From Mobula birostris (taxonomy: Eukaryota): a stretch of 64,000 nucleotides of DNA. The notes under the pieces are model-generated. The model saw nothing but the letters and a program-made list of their open reading frames with translations. It was not told the DNA's origin and ran no database searches. Each line of letters begins with the position of its first letter. The stretch's first letter is position 1. Position numbers and translations under genes: made by a program. The stretch is from assembly GCF_030028105.1 (NCBI RefSeq), contig NC_092381.1, positions 50,327,310 to 50,391,309 of the forward strand. The letters run 5' to 3'. Shown here piece after piece: positions 39,801-50,999 of this stretch.

Positions 39801-40248
39801 GCCTGTATTGGGGAGCATGCCTTATGAGAATAGGTTGAGTGGACTCTGCCTTTTTTCCTTGGAGCGACGGAAGATGAGAGGTGACCTGATAGAGGTGTAT
39901 AAGATGATGACAGGCATTGATCATGTGAATAGTCAGAGTCTTCTTCCCAAGGTTGAAATGGTTAGTACGAGAGGGCACAGTTTTTAGGTGCTTGGAAGTA
40001 GGTACAGAGGAGATTGTAGGGGTAATTTTTTTACGCAGAGAGTAGTGAATGCATGGAATGGGCTACTGGCAACAGTGGTGGAGGCAGATATGATAGGGTC
40101 TTTTAAGAGACTCCTGGACAGGTACATGGAGCTCAGAATAATAGAGAGCTATGGGTAACTCTAGGTGATTTCTAAGGTAAGGACATGTTCGGCACAGCTT
40201 TGTGGGCTGAAGAGCCTGTGTTGTGCTGTAGGTTTTCTATGTTTCTAT
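36836..40248 (+). mobile_element. Long CR1 LINE (partial ORF1 esterase-like domain + whole ORF2), frameshifted
   Basis: ORF1 VVHISTNDIG...VISGLLP; EN GDFNFP, LDLVLGN, GDSDHN; RT NYRPVSLTS, QHGF, GVPQGSVLGP, FADDTK; tail ttctatgtttctat; possible TSD tatcat. Confidence 0.95.
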
Positions 40249-40699
40249 CATTGTGCGACCTGTTTTCCGTAGATCTGTAGAGAAAGTTGAGAGGGTGTAC
40301 TTGACTTACTAACTGTTAAGTTCCATGAACTCGTTCCATACTGCAACTCAAGGGGAACTGATGGCACCCTGGTTGCTAATTTATGCATCCCCAATAATGT
40401 CTGTTTGGTTGATAAATTTGGATGAGATTGTTTAGTTTCAGACATATTGTGACGCTGAGTGCTCACTGCCTGCAGAGCTATGGTTCTTTGTATCCCAGTG
40501 CCTCATGCTTTTTTTGGAAGTGCCTGCTCTACTGAAGGTCAGTCTGGTCTCGTGCCTCAAGTTAGGGTGTCGCTTACCACGCCCCCCGATGAGTTCTATT
40601 TCCCCTAACACCCCCTTAGGACTTGTATTTGCCTCAGTGCTGACCTGGCTCCACGGCTGTGGCCTGCAGCCATCCGGCTCTTGGACCAGCTTCACTTGC

Positions 40700-40945
40700 C
40701 TCAGCACAATGGACTGAATTTCGTGGACTCTGCAGATCATGTTCTGTCCATTACTTGTTTACTTCATTATTGTTTGCGCGATTTGTTCTTTTTTTGGACA
40801 TCGCGTATTCGATGGTCTTTGTTGTGTGCAGTTTTTCAATGTGTTCAGTTGTGTTTCTTTTACCTGTGGCTGCCTGCAAGAAGACGAATCTCAAGGTTGA
40901 ATATGGTACACATACATTAATAATAAGTATACTTTAAACTTTGAT
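40700..40945 (+). mobile_element. Rex1/Babar-type 3' UTR fragment
   Basis: tgcctgcaagaagacgaatctcaaggttg...tactttaaactttga. Confidence 0.7.
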
Positions 40946-41269
40946 TGTTTCCACTCCAGATAATTACCACAACAAACCATTGACCACTAGATTAGACTGC
41001 ACCACATTAAGTATGATGGAAAAGCAGGCCAGAACTAACTTGAGAAAAATTCTAAGGCGCAGGGATAATCACCAGTTACTTTGCTCTGATACCAGCAATC
41101 TCCAGTGAGTACTTTCTGCTGCAGGATCCACCCCCACATCCAACAACTGCGACAAACACATGTATGCCTTTGTCACTGAGATTGATACCAGCTGTCTCTT
41201 CAGCTCTCCAGTTTGAATCACACAACACAGAAGGAAACTATTGGGAAAATGTGTCTGCGGCATCTTTAT

Positions 41270-41600
41270 GATCCATCCAATTAGTCTACTCCCCTGCTCT
41301 TCCTGCAAATTTTCCCTTTTCAAGTCTTCATTCACTAAACTTTAGAAGGTATTATAAAACTACTTCCACCACTTTTCCAGGCAGAATATTCCAGGTCATA
41401 ACAACTTGCTATATTACATATTACTTCTCTTGATGTTTTACTAATTACCCTAAAACTATTGTATGTTCTTCGACTATCCTTCACATTCATGTGAACAATT
41501 TATCTCCATGCGTTTTGTCAAAACCCATCATTGTCCTGAGCACACTTTCAAATCTACTCTTGATTATTTCTGCTCCAAATAGAATAATCTTAGCTGCTGA
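41270..41600 (-). mobile_element. Ancient CR1 3' remnant
   Basis: RTMMGFDKTHGDKLF resembles CR1 KIMKGFDRVD.EKLF. Confidence 0.5.
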
Positions 41601-41989
41601 GGCATATCTGCATAACATAAATGTCTCACTATTGGTTTTGGCAAATTCCTCAGAGAAGAGGGTATTTTTATTCTCAATGTCATTATCCATAATCGGCAGA
41701 ATTCTTTGGATCTGTGGAGGTTTACGAGTCTAATCTTCAATGTATAAATGTGTAGAGAAGGGAAAACTTGGCTGTATTTGTTGGTGCTCCTTCACCCATT
41801 GCTTCTCCTTTTTCCTGTTTTTTTGCTGTATGATTTCCTCATAGAGGAGGATCCTTCATATGGACATTGCTACCTGTGTGCTTCTTCATTGATTGAATCA
41901 AATAGTAAAGGCCTAAATGCACCCGTTTAATTGTTTGGAAAGTTTGACATATCCCTACAAGATCAGTGTATTTATACATGAGACAGTCA

Positions 41990-42372
41990 TTTTTAATCTC
42001 ACGACATATGCTCTGTCTACTACCACCCTCTGCCTCTGTCGGGTAGCAAATTTTGAATTCATGCTTCCAAGGTTCTAGGGATCCCATGCTTCATGACTTT
42101 CTGGATGAGTCTTCCATAGGGAACCTTGTCAAATGCCTTCCTAAAATGCATGTACATCACATATAATGCTCTACCTCCATAAGTTTGTTTTGTCACTTCC
42201 TTATGAAGTTTGTTTTGTCACTTCCTTAATCAGGCTCATGAGGCATGGTCTGCCCCTCACAAAGAAATCTGACTATCCATAATAAGTCTATGCCTCTCCA
42301 AATGGTGATAAATTCTGGCTTGAAGAATCCTCTTGATTAGTTTGCCCACCATTAATGTAAGACTCACTGGTC
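41990..42372 (-). mobile_element. CR1 RT fragment with a 25-bp tandem duplication at 42181-42228
   Basis: gaaccttgtcaaatgccttcctaaa = FRKAFDKV; gtaagactcactgg = PVSL; aagtttgttttgtcacttcctta occurs twice. Confidence 0.8.
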
Positions 42373-43102
42373 CTTCCTGTGCTCCTTCTTAAGCTCCTTC
42401 CTGGTTACCTTATCCCATTCAAGAGCCCTGTCTAATCTTTGCTTCCTAAACCTTCAGAACACATCCTTCTTCTTCTTGCCTAGAAGTTGTACCTCTCTTG
42501 TCCTTCCCTTTACCAGCTCAATGGAACAAACCTATACAGAAACCCATGCACCTTACACAATTCCACTGTACATTTCACTGAGAAGATCTGAGCCCTATTT
42601 ATGCTCCTAAATTTCTGCTTAATTCCCTTGTAATTAAACCTGCCTGTTATCCTTGATTCAGATTTGGATTTTTAATCCCACGTAATGAAAGTGACCAGAG
42701 CACCATTTCTACACTTAAGAAATATTGTAAAGATATATTTGTTTCTGTCAGGTAATGACACTGAAGTCCTAATTCATGCCTTTATGTCGAATAGATTAGA
42801 TTACTGCTATACACTTTTTACTGGCTTTCCAAAACAATCTATTCAACTCACTCAGAACATCGTAGCTAGACATATATCTAAAACCAGGATGAGGGAGCAT
42901 ATCACGCCAATCCTAACTACTCTGCACTGGCTTCCTGCATCTTTTAGAATTGATTTGAAAGCTCTCATTATTCTGGGACTGAAATATGGTACATCACAGA
43001 ATAGCAAACAACAGGAATTCTGCAGATGCTGGAAATTCAAGCAACACACATAAAAGTTGCTGGTGAATGCAGCAGGCCAGGCAGCATCTCTAGGAAGAGG
43101 TG

Positions 43103-43140
43103 CAGTCAATGTTTCAGGCACAGACCCTTCGTCAGGACTA
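43103..43140 (-). ncRNA. Minimal type-I hammerhead motif, cleavage site decayed
   Basis: Minus strand tagtc-CTGACGA-a-gggtctgtgcct-GAAA-ca-tt-gactg. Confidence 0.55.
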
Positions 43141-43466
43141 ACTGAAGGAAGAGTGAGTAAGGGATTTGAAAGTTGGAGGGGGAGGGGGAGATCCAAAATG
43201 TTAGGAGAAGACAGGAGGGGGAGGGATGGAGCCAAGAGCTGGACAGGTGATAGGCAAAAGGGATAGGAGAGGATCATGGGACAGGAGGTCCCGGAAGAAA
43301 GACAGGGGGGGGGCGACCCAGGGGATGGGCAAGGGGTATATTCAGAGGGACAGAGGGAGAAAAAGGAGAGTGAGAGAAAGAATGTGTGTATAAAAATAAG
43401 TAACAGATGGGGTACTCTCCCCCTCCCCCTCCAACTTTCAAATCCCTTACTCACTCTTCCTTCAGT

Positions 43467-43504
43467 TAGTCCTGACGAAGGGTGTCGGCCTGAAACGTCG
43501 ACTG
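43467..43504 (+). ncRNA. Minimal type-I hammerhead ribozyme motif, intact core
   Basis: tagtc-CTGACGA-a-gggtgtcggcct-GAAA-cg-TC-gactg: stem I tagtc/gactg, stem II, palindromic ACGT stem III, GUC triplet. Confidence 0.8.
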
Positions 43505-44017
43505 TACCTCTTCCTAGAGATGCTGCCTGGCCTGCTGCGTTCACCAGCAACTTTTATGTGTGTTACATCACAGAATAGTTCTCTTTTTATAATCCTGCTC
43601 GAGCTTTCAGGTCTTCTTCAGCCAGTTTCTTAAAATTTAAACAATCTTCCTCAAAAGATAACAGGCAGGGCAGCTTTTTTGAATTATGGAACTCAATACC
43701 TAAAATTATAAGGATGCAGACTCAGTTGACACTTTTAAATGCCAGCTAAAAATCAATTGATTTAGCATTGTATTTAACTAGCATCTTTTTGTCTTTTATT
43801 TTCATGTTTGCACTTTATCCCATTGTAAAACACTTCAAGTTACATCATTTGTATAAAAAGAGATCTATAAATAAGTTGTTATTATTGTAATTAACCCTCC
43901 CCTAATTACTGTAACTACTTAAACACGAGGAATTCTGCAGATGCTGGAAATTCAAGCAACATACATCAAAGTTGCTGGTGAACACAGCAGGCCAGGCAGC
44001 ATCTCTAGGAAGAGATA

Positions 44018-44055
44018 CAGTCGACATTTCGGGCCGAGACCCTTCGTCAGGACTA
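44018..44055 (-). ncRNA. Minimal type-I hammerhead motif
   Basis: Minus strand tagtc-CTGACGA-a-gggtctcggccc-GAAA-tg-TC-gactg; stem III palindrome changed from ACGT to ATGT. Confidence 0.7.
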
Positions 44056-44632
44056 ACGGAAGGAAGAGCTAGTAAGAGATTTGAAAGTGGGAGGGAGAGG
44101 GGAAGATACAAAATACCTGCCATCAGGTTGGAGGTTACCCAGACTGAATATAAGGTGTTGTTCCTCCAACCTGAGTGTGGCTTCATCTTTACAGTAGAGG
44201 AGGCCGTGGATAGACATGTCAGAATGGGAATGGGATGTGGAATTAAAATGTGTGGCCACTGGCTACATGTGTGGCTACAATGTGTAGCCTCCAACCTGAT
44301 GGCATGAACATTGACTTCTCTAACTTCCGCTAATGCCCCACCTCCCCCTCGTACCCCATCCGTTATTTATTTTTATACACACATTCTCTCTCTCTCTCTC
44401 CTTTTTCTCCCTCTGTCCCTCCGACTATACCCCTTGCCCAACCTCTGGGTTTTTTCCCCCCTCCCCCTTTTCCTTCTCCCTGGGCCTCCTGTCCCATGAT
44501 CCTCTCATATCCCTTTTGCCAATCAACTGTCCAGCTCTTGGCTCCGTCCCTCCCCCTCCTGTCTTCTCCTATCATTTTGGATCTCCCCCTCCCCCTCCCA
44601 CTTTCAAATCTCTTACTAGCTCCTCCTTCAGT

Positions 44633-44670
44633 TAGTCCTGACGAAAGGTCTTGGCCTGAAACGTCGATTG
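44633..44670 (+). ncRNA. Minimal type-I hammerhead ribozyme motif, intact core
   Basis: tagtc-CTGACGA-a-aggtcttggcct-GAAA-cg-TC-gattg; the stem II base pair is A-U here and G-C or G-U in other copies. Confidence 0.78.
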
Positions 44671-44749
44671 TACCTCTTCCTAGAGATGCTGCCTGGCCTG
44701 CTGCGTTCACCAGCAACTTTGATGTGTGCTACTGTAACTACTTACCCGT

Positions 44750-45955
44750 ATTATCAGCTCCTGTCCTTGTCCATGGCTATGCTGAAGGACAGGGAGTTAT
44801 GGTCATGGTTTCTGAAATGCACACCCACCAAGAGGCCTGTCAGCTGCTCAGGTTCATTGCTTAGTATTATATTCAGTGTGGCCACTCCTCCAGGTGAACT
44901 GGTTACATACTGTGTCAGGATCCCTTTCTGGATACAACTAGAAAAATCCTGCCCCACCTAAACCTTTTGTACTAACAAGCTGCCAATCAATCTCATGCCA
45001 AACTGTTACTCTGCCTACTCCCATTGACCCCTCCATACCCCTCACATCCATGCATTTATTCAAACTTCTCTGAAATGCTGCAGTCAAATCTGCATCCACT
45101 GTTAGCTTATTCCACACTCGCACTACCTTTTGACTGAAGAAGATCCTCCTCAGGTTCTCCCTTTCACCCTTAACGTATGACCTCTAGTTCTAGTCCCACC
45201 CAAACTCAATGGAAAATGCCTGCCTGTGTTTAGTCTATCTATACCTCCCTTAATTTTGTATACCTCTGTCAAATCTCCCCTCATTCTCCCACCTCCAGGG
45301 AATAAAGTCCAAACCTCTTCAGCATTTCCCCATAACTTAGGTCCTCAAGTCCTGGCAACATCCTTGAAAATTTTGTCTGAACTTTTTTACACATTGGTAT
45401 CTTTCCTGTAGGTAAGTGACCAGAACTGCACACAATACCTCCAAAGTTGGCCTCACTAACATCTTAAACATAACAGTCCAATTTCCATACTTAATATTCT
45501 GAATTATAAACATCAATATGAAAAAAGCCCTCTAAACAAACCTATCTTACTGGGATGCTACTTACAAGGAATTATGGATAAGCATTCCCAGATTCCTCTG
45601 TTCTCCCACACTCTTCAATGCCCAACCATTCACTGTGTATGTTGCCCTCCCCAAGTGTAACACCTCACTCTTGTCTGCATTAAATTTCATTTGCCATTTT
45701 TCAGCCCATTTTACCAGCTGGTCCAGATCCCACTGCAAGGTTTGATAGCCTTTCTCGTTGTCCACTACACCCCCAATCTTAGTGCCATCTGCATATTTGC
45801 TGATCCATTTAACCACATTATCATCTAAATCATTAATTTTCATAAACAAAACAGACCCAGCATCGATCTCTGAGATACAGCACTAGTCACAGGCCTCCAG
45901 TCAGAGAGACAACCATCTACTACCACTTCCTGGTTTCTCCCACTAAGTCATTGTT
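44750..45955 (-). mobile_element. CR1 fragments (EN piece about 44750-44990; RT to 3' end about 44995-45955)
   Basis: LTQYVTSSP...NEPEQ...DHNSLSF; INDLDDNVVKWISKYADGTKIGG. Confidence 0.85.
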
Positions 45956-47175
45956 GTTTACTTGGATTTTCAGAAGGCCTTTGACAAGGTGCTGCACATG
46001 AGGAAGCTAATCAAGATAAGAGCCAGGGAAGAAACCAGCATGGGTAGAAAATTGTCTGACTGGCAGGAGGCAAAAGTGAGAATAAAGGGTGCTTGTTCAG
46101 TATGGTTACCATTGACAAGTGGTGTTCTGCAGAGGTTGGTGTTGGGACCACTTCTTTTCACATTATGTCAATGATTTGGATGATGGAATTGATGGCTTTG
46201 TAGCCAAGTTTGCAGATGATACAAAGAGGGGCAGATAATGTTGAGGAGGTAGAAAATCTGCAGAAGGACTTAGATTAGGAGAAAGGGCAAAGAGGTGGTA
46301 AATGGAATATAGAATAGGGAAGTGTATGGTCATGCACTTTGGTAGAAAGAATAAAGACATAGACTATTTTCTAAACGTTGAGCAAATTCAGAAATTATAG
46401 GTGGAAAGGGACTTGAGAGTCCTTGTGCAGGATTCCCTAAGGATTAATTTGCAGATTGAATCAGTGGTAAGGAAGGCAAATGCAATAGTAGCATTCATTT
46501 CAAGAAGACTTAAATATAAAAGTAAAGATGCAATGCTAAGGCTTTTTAATGTTTTGGTCAGTCTGTACTTGGAGAATTGTGAGCAATTTTGGACACCTTA
46601 TCTAGAAAAGGATGAGCTGGCATTGGACAGTTTCCAGAGGAAGTTCACGGGAATGATTCCGGGAATGAAAGGGTTAATGTACAAGGCGTGTTTGATGGCT
46701 CAGGGCCTCTACTCACTGGAGTTAGAAGAATGAGGAGGGATGTTATTGAAACCTATCAAATATTGGAAGGTCTACATAGAGTGGCCATGGAGAGGATAGT
46801 GGGTGAGTCTAGGACCAAAGGGCACAGCCACAGAATAGTCCCTTCAGAACAGAGATGAGGTGGAATTCCTTTAGACAGAGGATGGTAAATTTGTGGAATT
46901 GGATATATTTAAATAGGTTCTTGATTAGTAAATGTGTCAGAGGTATTGGGAAAGGACAGGAGAATGGGGTTGAGAGGGATGATAAATCGGCTGCAGTCCT
47001 AATGAAGGATCTTGGCCCAAAGTGTTGACTGTTTATTCCATTCCATAGATGCTGCTCGACCTGCTGAGTTCTTCCTGCATTTTGTATGCGTTACTAGAAA
47101 TCAGCCATTATGAAGTAGTAGGGCTGACACACTGGGCCAAATGGCCTAATTCTGCTCCTACATCTTATGATCTAA
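45956..47175 (+). mobile_element. CR1 RT to 3' end, with a Penelope terminal fragment inserted at about 46990-47095
   Basis: DFQKAFDKV, KFADDTK, VRKANAIVAFISR; insert cagtcctaatgaagg...gatgctgctcgacctgctgagtt. Confidence 0.88.
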
Positions 47176-47189
47176 CTTTCCTGGTAACA

Positions 47190-48790
47190 TCCTCGAATAA
47201 CTGTGTAAGATGTTTAACATGACCTACCATGTTGACTATCCCTAATCAGGACATGTCTATCCAAAGACTGATATTTCCTGTACCACAGTACTGATGTTGG
47301 GCTCACTGGCCTATAATTTTCTGGCTTATGTGTAGAACTATTCATGAACAATTGAACAACATTAGCTATCCTCCAGTCCTCTGGTACCTCACCCATGGTT
47401 AAGGACATTTTAAATACCTCTGCCAGGGCTCCTGTGATTTCCGCACTAATGTCCCACAAGGTCTGAGGGGACACTTTATCAGGCCCTGGGGACTTACCCA
47501 CCCTAGGTTGCCTCAAGACAGCAAGCACCTCTTCTTCTGTAATCTGGATACAGTTAATGACCTCACTACTGTTTAGCCTCAGTTCTATAGACTCTGTGTC
47601 CATCTTCTGAGTAAATGCAGTTGCCAAAAACCCACTTAAGATCTTCCCCATCTCTTTCAGCCCCATGTATAGATAACCACGCTGATCTTCAAGTGGACCT
47701 GCTTTGTGCCTTGCTATCCTCTTGTTGTTAATATATCTGTAGAAGGCTCCTTCATCTTTATCTGCCAGAGCAAAATTCTGCCTTATTTTAGCCTCCAGCT
47801 ATCCCTTTTAAGTGTTCTCTCGCATTTCTTATATCCCTCATTTGTTCATTGCTGCCTACGCCTACAATGCACCTCCTTCTTCTGAACCAGGGCCTCAATT
47901 TCCCTTGAAAACCAAGATTCCCTAAACTCCCATTTAGGATTATCTTGTATTCTGACAGGAGCATACAAATTCTGTATGCTCAGTATTGCATTTGCAAAGG
48001 TCTGCCACTTCCCTTGCATTCCTTTGCCAGAAAACAGCCTGCCCCAAACCACACCTGCATCCTTTCTGATGCCATCAAAATTGGCCTTTCTGCAATTTAG
48101 AATCTCAACTTGAGATCCAGTCCTTCTTCATAATTATCTTGAAAATCATGGAATTAAGATCACTGGATCCAAAGTGTTCCCCTTCTGTTAGCAGTTTTGT
48201 GTCCTTCCCTAATAGAAGATCCAGTACCATGCTCTCTCTAGCTGTGACCTCTATATATTACTTAAGGATACTTTCCTGAACACCGTTGATAAATTCTATC
48301 CCACCCAATCATTTTACAGTAGGTAGTCCCAGTCAATATTAGGAAAATTAAAATAACCTATTATCATAACTTTATTTTATTTGCAACTAACTGTAAACTC
48401 GACCAATTTGCTCCTCTAAATCCCATGGACAATTGGGAGGTCTATAATGTAATCCCATTAATGTGGTTATCCCTGTCTTATTTCCTCAGTTCAACACATG
48501 CAGCTTCAATAGACAAGCCCTCCAGTCTTTCCTGTTTTCTCATCGTTGTGCTATTTTGCCTGAAGCGTAATGCAACCCCTCCCCTTTAATAGCTCTATCA
48601 TATCTAAAACAATGGAATCCCAGAACATTGAGCTGCCAGTGCTGCCCCTCTTGAAACCAAATCTCATGATTGGCTACAAAATCATAATTCCACGTGCTTT
48701 TCCATGCTCAAAGCTCATCTCACTTACCTACAATATTCTTTGCATTGAAATAGATGCAACTTAGAACATTAGTCCAGAACATCAGTCATA
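47190..48790 (-). mobile_element. CR1 ORF2 N-terminal half (EN + linker + start of RT)
   Basis: KSPGPDK...GEVPEDWRIANV...ENYRPVS...DSQHG. Confidence 0.88.
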
Positions 48791-50999
48791 ATGGATGAGC
48801 TTATGTACTAGTGACTAGAGGTAATGAAGGAAAGTATCACAGAAACTGATTCAGTTTGGCAAAGCACTTAGTATTAAGTAGATATTCTGCAGCTAAAATG
48901 ACCAAATGTATTACCAGTCACTGCATGTTTCCTCAAGAGATTTGTGCTTGTTTTTCTTATGACTTAGATAATATCAAAGGTAATGAAGACCAATTTAAAC
49001 CTATTCACTGTTGAGAAAATCTACTCAATCAACATGGTATTTACAAACATAGATAAACTGACTCAGTAAGGATAATGTGATGCATGGGAGCCAAATATAA
49101 ATTGTGTGGATTTATATGGCACCGAAGAATGTCAGCCTCATAAGTAAGTATCCAGAGATAACAAAATTACAATAGAAGCATGCCTTATTGCAAAACATCA
49201 TGTAGAAAACAAATACAGCTTTATCATAATCACTTAAGAGGTGTTTAATATTATTCCATCAGAACAGTTAATTATTTTAATGATCAGCTTTAATAACATT
49301 TCAAACCAATACCTTTTTGCATTCCAACTGCACCTCTCTCCCTTACCAGTAGCTCCCTTGCTATCTATACTCTCATACCTTTACCTGGGTTCAATAAGCA
49401 ATGTTATTTGACACTTGTTAATAAAATAAATCAATAAAGCATTAGTTTAGTTGAAGCTTTAGTTTCAAACTCAATTCTGTTGACAGCTGAGGCTTATTAT
49501 TACTCCACATCAACTTGAATGAGACTTTTCCACATAAGGTAAAAGGCAGGCTTTATAGTAACCAAATAGAAAGCTAAAATCACATCTGTAAAATGGCATC
49601 ACTTTTCCTTTATAAAACAATGTCACAGAACCACTTTCTTGTGTAGTATAACTTTTCAGGAAAATTCAAGATGTGGTCATCAAGTATTCTTAAATATTTC
49701 CTGCTGCCAAGCCACATTAATCAGCAAGAAAGACACCCGATTTTATTTAAATTTCTCAAATGTGAAATGACAAACTAATTTTTGACACTATGATTCCACC
49801 ACACTGTTTGCCCTCCTACAATGGAATGAAATTACTAGGCCAAATTTCAAACATTGCAGACAAATGTTTCTTTTTAAATACTGAAAAGCGAGGCAAGGAC
49901 TCTAACCACAAACCATTTGTTGGTCTGGTCTCGAAATTGACACTTCATTGTTGAAAGTGGAATATGTAGGTAGCTAGAATCACTATGGCCAGTAGCACCA
50001 TGGTTTCATCATTTCTACTGATTAATTTGTGCCCAGATAACCAGCTTGGTGCATGTTACCAAGGTATCTCACTCTTCAAGCTTAACTTTTTGTATATTTT
50101 AAAGCCAATACATAATGCCAGAATTTTATTCTCATGTTCTCATAAATTTTAGCTCTTGACCTTGAGCAAAGGATGATTGCTTCACTAACAGCCCCCACCC
50201 TTATGTGTACTCCTATCCTCTCACACCAAGCCTTGTAGTATGCTCTCCACCAAACTGAGGAACGTTCAAAAAAATACATTGTTCTAGTCAATGTAAATTC
50301 ATTGTGCTCTTACAAGCAGAATGCAGGGACTCTTTTGTTTAAGTCGAGTACCATGCAATCATGCTTTTATTGCAACCACTATCCACTGACCTCTTCTTCA
50401 CATGAGAGCCCATTCATTAGAAAATTACACCAGATCTGCAGTGGAAAAAAATGTCCCTGTGTTTCAAACCTATTCAATTTTGTGGCCATAAAGGTGAGAA
50501 ACATAAGTGTAAGCCTCTTCTCTCCCAATTCTGAATGCTCAGTGACATGCAAAGGCTTATTGAGATCAACCGGCTTTGTTTCCCAGAAAAAAGCTTGTTC
50601 AAAAATATATTGCTCAATAAAGTTACCCAAACTCAGTTATAATTTGCAAAGCATCAGATGCCATTGGTAGTTATTGTATCAAGGCACTGAAGATTTATTT
50701 ATAAATAGGTTTGTTAATGTTTGTATTGCTACCTGAACAGCCTCTTTCAATGTATTTTCAAATAAAGAAGTATTAGAGCCCTTGGATAAAATCATAGACA
50801 TATATGAAATAAAATTCTGGCTTACCTATCTCCCCAGAAAGCATCATTTAAAATTAAGTGTGCCTGGTCCTGCTGTTGGCATGTTCTTGTGTATGTTGCA
50901 ACAATATATGGTTGGCATTAATTGCTAATGAAGGAGTGTGGATGTGGTTGAGCCAGAAAGTTAAAGGCCCCAATTTGATGTAATCTTAATACTTTGTTT

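Larger units (their letters stand above)
43005..43563. mobile_element. Fold-back Penelope-like insertion with about 150-bp inverted arms
   Basis: 43043-43191 is the near-perfect reverse complement of 43416-43563; 15-bp TSD tacatcacagaatag at 42990-43004 and 43564-43578. Confidence 0.92.
42640..43886 (+). mobile_element. L2 LINE 3' portion, interrupted by the Penelope-like insertion
   Basis: FLHLRNIVKI...LIHAFMSNRLDYC...HITPILTTLHWLP..FRID; tail aaataagttgttattatt. Confidence 0.9.
43922..44729. mobile_element. Second fold-back Penelope-like insertion, with GIY-YIG region remnant
   Basis: Inverted arms about 43960-44115 / 44573-44729; minus-strand HFNSTSHSHSDMSIHGLLYC...RLEEQHLIFSLGNLQPDG; plus-strand LQPDGMNIDFSNFR*; TSD tactgtaactactta at 43907-43921 and 44730-44744. 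Confidence 0.93.

Noticed and set aside
42852-43550. 232-aa ORF and the related MLVNAAGQAASLGR ORFs on both strands (43057, 43972, 44363)
   Set aside because: Chance reading frames through the inverted Penelope arms; the repeated peptide only reflects the DNA fold-back
45900-46000. Head-to-head CR1 junction as a twin-priming inversion
   Set aside because: Each side has its own, different 3' end, so two independent insertions is simpler
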